Position numbers and translations under genes: made by a program
The notes under the pieces: model-generated
Told to the model about the DNA's origin: nothing
What the model saw: only the letters and a program-made list of their open reading frames with translations
The model's database searches: none
Origin: Batkoa obscura
Lineage: Eukaryota
Assembly (NCBI GenBank): GCA_030770535.1
Contig: JASVEC010000017.1
Span: 620,001 to 684,000 of the forward strand
Direction of reading: 5' to 3'
DNA: 64,000 nucleotides
Part shown: positions 45,815-60,194 of the stretch, one piece after another
How positions within the stretch are numbered: the first letter of the stretch is position 1
Layout of the letters: every line of letters begins with the position of its first letter

Positions 45815-46036
45815 ATATTTAATATACTTATTTAGTTTTTTCAATGAAGTTAAAATAAAACTTTTTCAATTCATTACACATAACAACAAATTATGAAAAA
45901 TCCTTTAGTTAAAATATTAAAATTAAGAAAGTTATTATCTATATTTGTAGTTATTAATAGCGTTTTTATAAATATTTTTTGCTCTTTTAAAATTAATTTT
46001 TCTAAAGTATGAGCAATTAAAAAACATTTGTCATTT

Positions 46037-46126
46037 GGAGGTGTTTTCTTGTTTAAAATTTTACTATCAGTTTTTCTATTAAATAATGCTTAAATGAAAA
46101 GTGATGAAATCAAAAAACATGGCCCC
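46037..46126. mobile_element. MITE family A copy, diverged
   Basis: ATTT-GGAGGTG...GGCCCC-ATGT with family A internal sequence. Confidence 0.72.
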
Positions 46127-47493
46127 ATGTATCAAGTATAAACGTTTTTAGCTATTTTAAGTTTTTGAATAAATAACATATATATTACATTCAAATTAAC
46201 TAATGATATATTTTTTAATTGTTTTCTTGATTCCATTTATTTGTTCATCTTTTGTTTAGTGTAAACTTCAAAAAAATATTAGCTAAATCCTATAAAGAAA
46301 ACACTCTGATTTTTTTGTTCAATATTTTAATTTTGAAGCTCATAAGTTGATTAAGTTTCATTGTAGCTTATCAAAAATGCTGAAATTGTCAAAAGTTTAT
46401 ACATATAAGCTCACACAATAACCAAATTCAATATATTGTTTGTTTAATATAAGTATTCAAATTACTATAAAATTAAGCTGTAGCTTATCAGTCCACAGAA
46501 AGATGCTAAAAACAATGTTGGTGCCAGGACCACTAATCAAATTGCCTACTTTCCGAAGTTTGATGCTATAATTAGACAAGATTGAATAGAAGTTGAAACA
46601 TTTCAGAAAATGATGTAAAGAAGACTATACCAGAGTTATTACAAACTTTGATGACATATTTATTAAACATAAATATAAAATATGGTAACTTAGTGTATTT
46701 TATACTCATAGAAGGTATAAGCGATTAGGTCTCTTCCTCTGGATCTCTCTTCATTGAAATTTATTTTATATTCATTTCTGGAATAAGCCATACTCTTGAA
46801 TCTTATTAGCCTAGTTAATTTGATTTAGATATTAGATTACACTGTACTTATTTAAGAAAACCTCAAAAATTCCCACTTCCACTGGTCAAGCATTGGGCTT
46901 ACCCTACCGTATCTTGCCTTATGTTAGCTTATCAGCTAGTGCGTCATTGGGTTTAAGGACTTTAAAGTTCGTACGGCTTTCATTTACAAATCTGCTATTT
47001 ATTAGTAATAAGCATAGGTATCTTTGATGCTATTAAGCGCAATCAAGCTCCATTATCCCTTTAAGTATAAAATTACCCTAACTTGGGAGCTCCCTATATT
47101 GAGAAGCTAGATCAGGACAGAGGTCGTGGATGAAATACATCCTTTCTTTGATTTTTGTAAAAAAAAAGTAGAGAAAATCTAGTTTTTGAATTTGTCTAGG
47201 GCACCTTTTTTATGTTAACTCTTTGGGCACTAAGAACGTCCTGTCCTTGCTTAACTTGACCTTGGTTATACAATGTTGCTTGAATAAGCAAAATTGGTTA
47301 AAAAGTTGAGGTTCAATCAAACAGAATTTTTAATAAATTTAGTATACAAAGGGTTAATAGTGTGAAGTTTAAGTGTAAAAATCGAATGCTTTTATAAGAA
47401 ATTTCCTTGCCCAAAAATGTGGAATATTTTTAGAATTCATTAATTCATTAAAATTTAGGTTTTTAAGCTTTTTGTATCTTTTTAACAAAAAAA

Positions 47494-49142
47494 ATGAATC
47501 AAACAATTGAAAAACAACGTCAATTACATCAAGAAATTGAAATTATTGAACAAGCCATTGTAGATCAATATCACCAAAAAACGAAAACAGTAAGTTGTTT
47601 ACTCCACTTTAATAAAAAATTCATTGACTAAACTTATTTTCCCCCATAGTACAAAGAAAAACTCCAACTAGAACAACAAGTGAATTTATATCTGACCTCC
47701 ATACAATCCCGTGGAGAAAAACTAAACTCATTATATCATGATGAAACTGTCAAGCGAGAAATTGAAGAAATTGGAACTGGGGACTTTGGTTTATTTTATA
47801 AAAAAGTTAAAAACATACGTGATGGTTATCAAAATAAACCCACTTTATTAGTCGAACCTGTAGGATTGAATTTATTAGCAGCAATTGGACGTGCCGACAT
47901 TGAAAAAGATTTGTTTTCTGGTGAAGAGAAGGATGGCAAATATTTGGATTTGATTCAATGTTTTGATTTGTTTTTTAATTTACAGATTAATGATAAAGGT
48001 TATTTAGAATACTTGGAAGGTTTGAATGAGTTTGATAAAATTCCATTAGCTAAAAAAGAGGCGAAATACCAAGAGTATTTGAACACTTTGATCAGTTATT
48101 TGGAATCTTATTTTATTAGAGCTAGACCTTTATTTGATTATTTAGGATTAAAAAAGAAAGGTGAAGAAGAGTTTAATAACTTATGGAGTGATGGAAAAGT
48201 TGGAGGTTGGCCAATGGCAGGAAAAAATGAATTGTTTTGTAATGCATGTAATAAAAGTTTTACTAATGAAGCAGTATATCAAAATCATCTAACTGGAAAA
48301 AAACATATCAAAAATCAAAAACTATTAGAAAATAACGAGGAACAAAGGGATAATAGTAGTAATGATAATAATGATCCTAAATTTAAAATGGCTTGTATGG
48401 AACATGTAGTTAAAGTTTATTTAGAGGAATTAAAAGAAATATTAGAAGATACTAAACTTAATATTGAAAGAAAACAAAGTTTAACGGAAAGGGAAAGAGA
48501 GGTAATATAATATTATATTGACGAATAAATAAAAACATATTTAATATTAATATTAATTTAATATAGATTGAACAACAGGAAGCTGCAGAAAGTGAAAGTG
48601 AAAAGGGAGGATCTGATACAGATGAAGATGATGAAAGAATTTATAATCCATTAAAATTACCATTAGGATGGGATGGTAAACCTATTCCATATTGGTTATA
48701 TAAATTACATGGATTAGGAGTGGAATACCCTTGTGAAATTTGTGGTAATTTTGTTTATATGGGTAGAAAAGCATTTGAAAGACATTTTCAAGTAAGAATT
48801 GTTATAAAAATTAAATATTAATTAGAGATGTTAATATTTTATCTTATTTTATTTTATTTTAGGAATGGCGTCACGCTCATGGTATGCGTTGTTTAGGTAT
48901 ACCCAATACTAAACATTTTAATGAAATTACTTCTATTCAAGATGCTTATTCACGTAAGTTTTTTGTTATTTATTTAGAATGTATTTTGAGAATTAATTTA
49001 TTTTTTAGTTTGGGAAAAATTAAAAACAAAAGCTAAAGTAGAAATTCAAGATACAGAAACATTAGAAGAATTTGAAGATGATCATGGTCATGTTTATAAT
49101 AAGAAAACTTATCTCGATTTAAAAAGACAAGGTATTATTTAA
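47494..49142 (+). CDS. PRP9: Splicing factor SF3a60, join(47494..47589,47650..48501,48567..48791,48863..48953,49009..49142)
   Basis: FSGEE..GKYLDL; C2H2 finger CNAC...[91 protein letters not shown]. Confidence 0.96.
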
Positions 49143-49312
49143 TATTTGGATGATAATATAGACAATATTTCTTTTTATTTTATTGTTTGATTAAAGTCAA
49201 GAGTCTCACTTTTTGTTATCATTTATTTTTAATTTTATTGGTTATTATATTTTTAATTTATATTTCATGTCGTAAGTTATTTTTATAAAAATTTCAATAA
49301 CTTTTTGATTAA

Positions 49313-51449
49313 ATGATATTCAATAAGTTAAAAACTCATTTTATACCAAAATTAAGGTTTTATCCTAATAAAAGTAAATATATTAATATAATCTATTAAT
49401 GTAATAATATTGAATAAATTATAGCTTATACTAAGAAATTAAATAAAATAAATTATAAACCACTTGGTTTATTAGTATTAGTAGTAGGTGGAAGTGGTTT
49501 AAGTGGTAAAATATTATTAGAAGCCAATGCTAAACTACCATCAGATACAGAAATAATCAAATTAAAAAATGAAGCCATAAAACCAGTAATTGAAGAAGTA
49601 GAGGAGGAGGAAGTAATAATAAATAAAGAAAGCAACAATATCATCAAAGTATTAAAAAAGCATTATAAATTAATCCTCATAGCCATTCTAAGTAGTATTT
49701 TAAGTACATTAATAGGCATCAAATTACCTATGGCACTAGCTAGTTTAGTGAAATTAATTAATCAAAACGGTGCACTTAACTTAACCATTTTAAACCAACA
49801 ATTAATAAAGCTAATCAAATTAATTGGCGTCAACGCAGTAGCCGTAGGCTTAAATATTGTGACTATTAATTATACAGTAGAACGAGTATTTAAAGAGATC
49901 AAATTAGCTTTATTACAAAGTCTATTATATATGGATTTAGCTATATTAGAAAGTAAAAGAAAAGCGGAGTTAGTAGATAAAATTTGGTCACAATACAATG
50001 AAGCTAAAAGTCTATTTAAAGTTTTATTATTTAAGGTAAAATCATCAATTTTTTATTATTTGTTTAATTATATATCAATTGGTTTATTAGGGTATCCCTT
50101 GTCTCACAACAATCCTAGGCTCCAGTTATAATTTATATAGTATTTCCCCAATGTTAAGTAATTATTTAATAGTTACTTTACCAAGTATCTATTTAGTATT
50201 ATATTTTTATGGTAATATATTAAGAAGTTGTCGAAAACAATGTATGAATAGTGAGTCTTATAACCAAGGTTTAAGTATGGAAATTATGAATGGAATACGT
50301 ACAGTTCGGGCCTATGCCATGGAAAAAAAAGAGATAGAAAATTATGATGAAAATTTAACTCAATTAATTCATTATAATAATTTATTTTCATTTCATTTAA
50401 GTTTATTTAAGTCTTTTATTAATTTATCATTGGGTTTAACAACTGCAGGGATATTTTATATGGGTGCTAATAACGTTGTACAGGGCTCTTTATTACAAGA
50501 AGATTTAATAGCTTATCTATTAACAGTACAAAATATGCAACGTGCTTTAGATTTATCGGGCTCCATATTTGGACAAATAATGAAAGGCAGATCCAGTATA
50601 AAAAATATAATTTATTATATTCAATTACCCCCATCCTCCACATTAAAAAGTTCAAAAAACTTAAAACCGTTAGTTTCTGGAAAAATTGATTTTGTTATTA
50701 ATCATTTTGAATATAAAGATCAACAACCAGTATTAAAAAATGTAAGATTAACAATACCACCTGGTACTACTTTAGCTTTATGTGGTGCTTCAGGTTCTGG
50801 AAAGAGTACTATAGCTGCTTTATTAGAACGATTCTATGATTTAAATGAAAATCAAGGACATATATTTATTGATGGTATTAATATTCAAGATTATGAACCT
50901 AATTATTTAAGAGGAGAAATAATTGCTTATTTAGAACAAGAACCTACTTTATTTAAAGGAACAATTAAGGAAAACATAGTGTATGGATCAAAATATACAG
51001 TAGAAGATATGCAAGAGATTCAACAAGCAGCTGAATTGGCTAATGCATGGGAATTTATTGAAAATTTAAGTGATGGTTTAGATACTATTATTGATGAAAA
51101 GGGTAGTAACTTATCCGGTGGTCAAAAACAGAGAATATCCATAGCAAGAGCTATTATAAAAAATCCAAAAATATTAATTTTAGATGAAGCTACTTCAGCC
51201 TTAGATACCATTTCTGAAAAAAAAGTCCAAAATGCATTATATAATTTAATGAAAAATAAAACCACTTTGATTATTGCTCATAGATTATCTACAATCGTTA
51301 ATGCTGATAATATTGCTTTATTACAATCACCAAAGAATAGCAATTCTGTTGTGGAACAGGGGAGCCATGATATGTTATTAAAACTGAAAGGTAAATATTT
51401 TGAACTCTTTTATTCAGCTAGAGATAAACATAAGGATACTATTGAATGA
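49313..51449 (+). CDS. ABCB half-transporter, probably mitochondrial (ABCB8/ABCB10/Mdl-like), join(49313..49373,49425..50035,50091..51449)
   Basis: Basic presequence-like N-terminus MIFNKLKTHFIPKLRFY; TMD with EIMNGIRTVRAY; NBD GASGSGKST, LSGGQKQR, ILILDEATSALD, IAHRLST. Confidence 0.88.
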
Positions 51450-52209
51450 TGAGGTAATGAGATGGAGGATTAGATCTTATGTTTTTCAAGAATAAAAATA
51501 TATTCTATTATCATAACCTTATTTTTTTAATTAAATTTTAATTCTATAATAAAATATCATTATTACAACTTATATGAAAACCAAATTATTTTTGAAAATT
51601 TATTAAAATTTCAAAATGAAAATGACATCATTTTCTTAATATAAAAAAAATTCGAAAAATATTAATAAGTCCAAATTCAGTACAAAAATTTAACCTTAAG
51701 GAAAACATGCTTTTCTATTTATTTAATTCACTATAAAACATGAATATTCATTTCATTGAACCCACAGTAAAACTACTTTAATCTAGTTGTACTTCAATCT
51801 GATTGCTTAAGTTTTTCAATGAATAAAAGATTTGATAATATCAGGTGATGTGGCTTTTCATTAAATTTATTTCAAGAATAATAATTAAATGAACATTTAA
51901 AATAAATTTTTATCAAATAAGTAAAATTATCTGATAAAAATTGAATTCAGTTTGACATAATATTGGCTCCAAATTTAATATTTTCCCACCACCAATTAAA
52001 AGCCCTGATGATTTGACCATATTCTTGAAACTTAATGAATTAATCAAGCAGTGGTTAACTGTTATAAAATACACTATAAATACCCCCTCAACTACTTCCA
52101 GACTATTACATTTTATTGATTATAAACTTTGATTTCAATTTACTAAGTAAGTCTTTAAAACCCGCCTTTATAGTTTAAAAATACTAATTTTCTACTTCTA
52201 TTAGCAACC

Positions 52210-53334
52210 ATGACTATGATCAAAAATAAATTTTTATCTACTAGTACTGTAGGTATTATTCCAGTTGCCTTCACAGATGGACAAGTAAGTTAATACTATC
52301 TTTTGTACTTTTAACCTATTAACCTCTTTTTTTAGCCTAGAAAAGGAGTTGAAAAAGGTCCATCCCATTTATTAGAAGCTGGCTTAGTACAACAAATTCA
52401 AGAACTTGGGTATAATGTGGAATTCGATGGCAAAATTCATAATTTTGAAGAAATTCGACCACAAAGTGATCCAGATGTTGGTGTAGCTAAAAATCCAAGA
52501 TTTGTTGGTGCGGTTGCCGAACAAGTGAATTTAAAAGTAGCTGAAGAATTAAAAAAAGGACACTTTGCTTTAACTTTGGGTGGGGATCATTCTATTGGTT
52601 TAGGTACTACTACAGGTACTTTAGACGTATTCCCAGATGCTTGTGTTATTTGGGTGGATGCTCATGCTGTAAGTGAATTATTTTATTTAATATATTAAAT
52701 AAGTTTATTTATTTTTCATTCTAGGATATCAATGGCGTTGATGATACTGAAACTGGTAACTTACATGGATGTCCATTATCTTGGGCCGTTGGTGTATCTC
52801 GTGTTATTGAAGGCTTTGAATGGATCTTAAAAAGTCAAAAACAACCACGATTAAATCCTAATTCTTTAGTTTATATTGGATTAAGAGATGTTGATAAAGC
52901 AGAAAGAAGAATCTTAAAAGAACATAACATTAAAGCTTTCTCTATGCATGAAGTCGATAAATATGGAATTGGTAAAGTAGTCGATATGGCTTTAGATCAT
53001 GTTAATCCAGATAGAAATCGTCCAATTCATCTTTCTTATGATGTCGATGCTTTAGACCCTTCCATTATTCCTGCTACTGGTAAGCTTTTTTGAGATTTTA
53101 ATAATTTTATATAGTTAATTTCTTTTCTTTTTAGGCACCCCAGTTCGTGGTGGATTAACTTTTAGAGAAGGTCATTATATTTGTGAAGCTTTATATGAAA
53201 CTGGGTTAGTTGTAGCTATGGATTGTGTTGAAGTTAATCCTGATCTTTCTTATAAAAAAGAAGATTTAGAAATTACTGTTAAGACGGCTTGTTCTCTAAT
53301 TCGTGCTGCTTTAGGGGAAGGTTTACTCAATTAA
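52210..53334 (+). CDS. CAR1: Arginase, join(52210..52284,52336..52668,52725..53079,53135..53334)
   Basis: GQPRKGVEKGP, GGDHS, WVDAHADIN, GNLHGCP, SYDVDALDP..PATGTPVRGGLTFREG, EVNP. Probable 5'-UTR intron at 52147-52204. Confidence 0.95.
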
Positions 53335-53928
53335 GTGAAAAAAAAGAATTATTTTTGTATAAAATTATGTTTTTGATTAGAAAAATAGCAAGTTTTCACT
53401 TTTCTTTTTGTTTTGAACTTTATCTTTCATTAAACTTTTTATTAATTAATATATAATTAATAGAGTAAAGAAGCTAAATATTTAAAAGAACAAGAACAGA
53501 ACATGGAATAGATTTTTCATATTTTATTAATTGTATCCATTCCTTGTGTCTCTGTTATATGATTGGCACTTGCAACCTGACAAAAAAAAGTTTAAAATAA
53601 AATAAAACTAAATAAAAAATATAAACAACAACATTAAAATAAATAAGCTCCATAATTTTATCCGAACATATCCTTTATTTTATCTATGCTATCAACTAAC
53701 TGTTATAACATTGCTTTTAAAATCAAATTGAAAACTCAATTCATCAATCTATTAAATAATTAACTTAAAATTTGATTCGAAATCTCTCTACCCAGACCTC
53801 TCCTTCAAATAATATTTCAACATTGTATTAAAAACTAGTTTAATAAGCTATTGATTTAAAAGTTACCCTCAATCATTTTAAATAACTAACACAAGATTGA
53901 ATTCTTTCCCACTTTCTCCTAGATAACT

Positions 53929-55744
53929 TTAGTAATTTTTACAGCATCCCTTAAACAATTGAAATTTATTAAAATAAAATTCATGTAATAATGGCCACCT
54001 TGGATTTTTAACATTTTCAAAAGTAGCTAATAATCGATTCAATGCTAATTTAATATTTTGATTATTAGGTTGATTAGAAGGATATTTAATTGCTAAATGT
54101 AATGCAAACGCAGCTAAATAAATATTAAAATACCATAAGGGACCAGAAAATAGATCGATTCTTGGTACTAAAAATAAAAATATTTTACAACTTAATAATG
54201 CGGCTGCTGTGGCTATTGGATTTGTACTTTCGGTTAAAGTTGTAAAATTGGGATAATATAAAAGAATAATGGAATTATTATTAAGAATATGTAAGGACAT
54301 GTATTGATACGCTTGTATATTATCTTTAGAACCACGTTGATTTTCTTTATACCAAAAATTATTTAAGGGATATTTGGTATTTAAATAATTTCGCCAAGAA
54401 GTTACTTTTTCTATATAATGTTTGACTTTTTTTTTATATGTTATTTTTTTATCTTTTATTATTGATAATAATTTATATTTTTTTAAATTTGAATAATTAT
54501 TATCTGTTTCTAATAAACTTCGATTTAATGAATGAATCATTGTCATTTTGGAGATTAAATATAATTCAATGATAAAAAAATTACTATTTTCTAATAAGGC
54601 ATAACGTTCTAATTTAGAATGTTTACATAATTTAGATTGAAATGTATTATTAGGATCATGAATCGGACACCATTCTGAAGTGACTGAATATTCAACTAAT
54701 AGTTCACTTTCACTTTCATGTAATAATAAAGGTTTATCAAACATTAAACTAACACATCGATCCACTAATAAACTACCCCACCACCCTCTAATTAATAATT
54801 CTCGTTCTACTAAATCTTCTCTTAAATTATTAGTAGGCATCTGTAATATTTGATTTAATTTTAATAAACCAGCAAATCTATTAAAATATTCAATTATTAT
54901 TATAAAATTATAAATCAATTCTTACCTCGTTGCTAAACCTAATAGATAAAAAATAATAAAGATAAATTTAATTAATAAATAATTATAATAGATTTAAAAA
55001 AATAGATTTAAACTTACCAGCATGTTTCCAACCCAACCAAAGTTTATTTCTACAATGAAAAAAGAAATTTAAATGTAAATGAGACATTACTTTAAAAATC
55101 TCTGGATTACCGATAGTATCACTCAATAAATCACTTGCTAATTTCGCATATTTAAACCCATCTTTTTCCATTTCTTTAGAGTACATGGTTGCAATAGCCA
55201 AAACGGAATAAAACAAATGATGATTTTGATAAATTGCTTTAAAAAAAGTAGGTTTATAAATGAGTGGTACAAATGGGTAATAACAGGTGACATATAATTT
55301 TAACAATTTCTTTAATTTAGAATTACTTTTTAATAAAATACCATAACCTCCATCTGAAGAATTGATTGTTAATTGACGCAATAAAATTTCTTCATAACTC
55401 GTATTTAAGACCCCTGTACACTTAAAATTATCCGGTAATCCATAAAGTATTGTTATTATTTTTTCGCTTATATCTGATAATTTTTCGATCACATATTTAT
55501 ACCGCCGACGCAAATCAATTTGTTCTAATTTTAATTTATTGGTATTATTTAATTTAATTGGAGTATAATGACATTCATTATTACTATTAATACATCGAGT
55601 ACAACTGGGACGTTTGCGGTCACATCGACCCTTTCGTTTTCGACAAAAATCACAACTTAGATAAAATGGTTGTTCCGATTGATTATCCATTTCTTCAAAA
55701 TTCTCTTCACCTTTAAGTTTGATTTTTAATCGTTTACTAGACAT
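53929..55744 (-). CDS. Zn(II)2Cys6 transcription factor, complement join(53929..54877,54926..54938,55018..55744)
   Basis: CDFCRKRKGRCDRKRPSCTRCINSNNEC; YYPFVPLIYKPTF; a 13-nt micro-exon restores WKHAGLATRFAGLLKLN; RGWWGSLLVDR. Confidence 0.88.
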
Positions 55745-57284
55745 AATTTATTAAATCTCGTTATTGGAAGTTTCTATTGATATGGTTGAAAATAAATGAG
55801 ACAACTTATTTCCTTTTTTTATTATTAAATTAATCGTTTTGTTTTATACCCTTGTCTAATAAGATATTGAGTTGACTTTTTATTTTGAAGGTTCAAATTT
55901 AATGTTTGCCTGTTTATGTAAATTTTTGTAATTACTAATCATTGGTTCAAATTAATAGCTTAAATAAAAAGAATAAAATTCAATTGCATTCTTTTTATTA
56001 AAATTAGTAATTATATTTGTTAGTCTAACTTGGAGTTACTGTTCTATTGAATATTAGAATTACTGTGATTAAAAATATTAGAGTAATTTATTAAATTACA
56101 TTTACTCTCTATAGTAGTTAATGACTAGAATCAAATATTCTTTAGAAGCATGAGTGGAACATAAGTATCAGAAATTCTATCAGTTTCCATATCTTTTCAA
56201 TACATTAATTTAGGGGCTAAAATAGTTCAATTTAATACAATTAAAAATCTAGAGCATCTATATTAAAAATTTAAATTAATATTATCCCAATCTAAATGTA
56301 ACTTATGTACTTTTTATTTGTTAATTTTTTAATTTAAAGGTATCAAAATAAAAACAAATAACTATTAATATTATACCATTTAAATAAATTTATTCACAAA
56401 TAAGAAATGCAAAAGTTATATTTTAATTGGAATGGCAATACTAACTCCTCATACTTCTATTTCAATTCTTTTACGGACTTTCTAGGAACATTTTTTATAA
56501 TTAAATCATTCATAAATTTTATTATTAAACCCTGATAAATATATTTATTAGGATTCCAATATAAATTTATTTTTTAAATAAGTAGTTAATTAGGTTTAAA
56601 AAGAGTAACAACAGTTATATCTACTAATTACTAATTCAAAAAATTAAATTTTCTATACTTTTGTTATCTGATTAGATAATTGAAACTAAAGAATCCAAGT
56701 AACCAGGATAAATTCGATAATTTAATATATTAAATCAATACAATTAATAAATCAATAGTGCCATTATTATATAATTCTATTCAATTTTCAATTTTTAATA
56801 TTCAATTAATATGCTTTTTGAATCAGTAAAGCTCATCATCACAATGAATCAAACCCAAAATCATTAGTAAATTCATTGATAGAAATCCAATATTTTGATA
56901 GTAATTTTTTGGGCAAATTCTTCGTTTTAATAACTTTATGGATTTAAAATCTATTTATTTTTAAACTTAATCTTGAATTACTAAATATAGTAAGAATTAT
57001 GAAATTATAATTTTTTAAATTAAGATTTAAAAAAATTCAGGGTTCTATTTGTAAGAGACATTAGAAAGATAAGAGATAATAAAAAATAAATTAAGGGAAA
57101 AATTATAATAATTAGAATTATTATTAAAATAATATATTAAATAATAAAATCAATAGTACTGAATTTAAAATAAATAATTTTTATTAATTTATTAACATAC
57201 AAAAAGTTTCAGTTTTCTATATTTAATCTTAATAAGTATAAGGGTAAACTATAACTGATTTTAATAAATAAAATAATAACTATT

Positions 57285-57363
57285 ATAATAATAAAAATAA
57301 TAAAAATAATAAAAATAAAAATAATAAAAATAATAAAAATAAAAATAATAAAAATAATAAAAA
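57285..57363. repeat. (AAAAATAAT)-type minisatellite
   Basis: Imperfect tandem units in the 3' flank of the RhoGEF gene. Confidence 0.7.
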
Positions 57364-57516
57364 TTAAATATTCAAACTATAATAAATTAGAATTCAACTT
57401 TCAACTTTTATAAATTAAAATAATAATAAAGAAAAAAATAAAAAATAAACTTAATTCATTCAATAATTGAACATTAATTGACAATAACCCTTTCATAATT
57501 GTTTTCTTTTCTCTTT

Positions 57517-58713
57517 TTATACATTTAATGCCTTTAAATGACATTCTAATACATGAGTAAACTCAGCATGTTGTCTTATAGTAGGATGTTGTAATACAAA
57601 ATATTGTTTTCTTTTTAATCCCAACTTCTTCATTTTGTCCATCTCCTCCCCTACCTTCCCCACTTTCTCAATATTATCCAGCAATTGACACACAATTACA
57701 GATATATTAACCAGTTTTTCATTATCTAAAACCTTAACTAATTTGACCATTTTTAAATCCGTTAATTGTAGAAACTTCCATTTATTCATTTGAATAGACC
57801 ATAATTTTTTACTAACTGCTAACATAATAAATGTTGGATATAAAAATAATTTAATTCTTCGTCGTGATTTTAAATCATATGCTTCCGATAAAAATACTTG
57901 TTTATATCCACCATTACGTAACATAGTAGGACAATTATCTACTAAAGAGTAGATTGCTTCTGCTGTGGCTTTTTCTTCTTCACTACGTCGAGTTTCATTG
58001 GCTTCTATTGCTAGTTTTGTCATCATTTCAACTGCATTAGCTAAAGGTATATAATCTGGATGATCTACTAAAGTACGATTTTTTAATGTTTGTAATAATA
58101 AAGAATATCTCGTTAATCTTTGAATAGGTAATATTAACATTTCTTTTAAGGTTTGTCTTGCTGGATTAATCGATGCTTTAGATTGTAAATATTCTTTAAA
58201 CTTTAAATTATTATTTTCAAGGGTTGTTATAGTATCAATAGAAATCAAATAATTTTGTACATAATTTAAATAACATAAAAACTTCTTTTGACGTGATAAA
58301 AATTCATGCCCAATACATGAAGTGTCATAATTCCATTGATGTAATTGAATACAATTATCTAAACTAGACCATAATTCTTGACTTAATTCAATTATAGGTT
58401 CAATTTTACCAAATATTAAATTTAACATTTGAGTATTAATATGAAGTTTAAAATCTAATTCTGTTCTTAATGGTGTATAAAATAATTGTAATATTAATCT
58501 TAAATTATTTAAAAAATTTAATTCAGTTTCAATTAATTCTTGTATTAAATAATATCGATGTTGATGCCAACTTAATTCTTCTTCTTCATTTTTAGGTGAA
58601 ATTGAAGGTGTATCTCCAAATTCAGATGATTTACATGATGGAGTAGGTGATATTTCATTATAATTAATATTATTTAATTGTGAATTATTATTATTATTAT
58701 TTAATTTTTGTTG

Positions 58714-58761
<48 letters not shown>

Positions 58762-60151
58762 TAAATCATTAAATAAACTTAATTCTTTTAAATTTAAATT
58801 ATTATTTTGAGATAAATTAGTTAAATCATCATAAGATCTATTAGCTTTAATAAACCAAGGAATAGTTTCGAAATCATTTAATTGAACTTGAGCAGTTTGA
58901 TTATTGAATATTAATTTATTCATAATTTGTTGTAATTGATATTCAGGATTATTATTATTATGATTTTGAAATACTGAATTAGTTATTGCTTTTCTAGATT
59001 TAATTTTTGATATTAATGAAATGGATGGTGTTAATTGATCAATACTTTTAGTTTTAAAATGAGATGTTGGATTTAATCTTCCACTAAATGTTTCTGCTTT
59101 TTGATAAAAATATGTTTTTGCTTTTGTTTTGGGACTATTTTTACTATTGTTGGATTTAATTGATGATTGTGTAGATACATTTTCAATTGATTTATCTAAT
59201 TCAATAATAGCTGTATTACGTTTGATTTCTTCACTATGAGAACGTTGAACTAGAAATTCAATATTAATATAAATTTAGATAATAAAAATAATGTATATAT
59301 GTATCTTACCCACAGTAATAGGAGATAATAAACCATCCATACTATTCTATATAAAAAAAAGAATAAACAATTTAAATAATAAAATAATAATCAATTCCAC
59401 TTACTGTATTAGATAATTCAATAGCACTTTCCGTTGTAAAAAATCGTTCTAATAATTCATGATTTTCATGATTTTTTAAAATCATAGAACTTTCTTTAAA
59501 TAAATTAGATAAGCTTTTCTTACTTTTTGGTGATAATTTTAATTCTTTAATATCACTATTTTTATCTTCATTATCTTTTTCTTCTTCTTCTTCTTTTTCA
59601 TTTTTTTCATTTAAATGATTACTATCTCCAACAAATGGATAACAACTTTTGGGTCGAACCTCATACCCTTTTAATCGTCTTTTAATTAATTCTAAATATA
59701 ATAAAAATAAATAAAATATAAATAACAATAATAATATATAATATATAAATAACAATAATAATATATAATAATAATAATTTACCTTGATCTAAGTCTTTAG
59801 TTTTAATTGAAATATCAGATAAAGTATCCATTGTATTAAAACTATCCTCTGACATCATACTTCTAGGTCCCATTAATCTCGAAGTAATATTAATTGTAAA
59901 ACAACTATCTCTTCTGTTATCTATCTTAGGTTTAATAATAGGTGAATTTGGTGTGCTTTTAATACTCATATTACTAGCTTTTGGTAATGGTTTATAATAA
60001 CTCGAATTTCTTAAAGATTGATGAGTATTATTATTGGTTTTAGATTGAGTGTTACTAACTGCAGTAGTGAATGGTACAATAGGTAATGGTTTTTTTAATT
60101 TTATTGAAGAAGTAGGTGAGCAAATTATTTCACTTTGTTGATTCAATAACG

Positions 60152-60194
<43 letters not shown>

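Noticed and set aside
46860..47085. Telomerase RNA or snRNA (TACCCTAAC on +, Sm-like AATTTTTG on -)
   Set aside because: The two motifs are on opposite strands, both are short enough to occur by chance, and no snRNA structure is recognisable.
43194..55744. Secondary-metabolite cluster (P450, ABC transporter, TF, arginase)
   Set aside because: No backbone enzyme; the genes are interleaved with PRP9 and the ABC protein looks mitochondrial.
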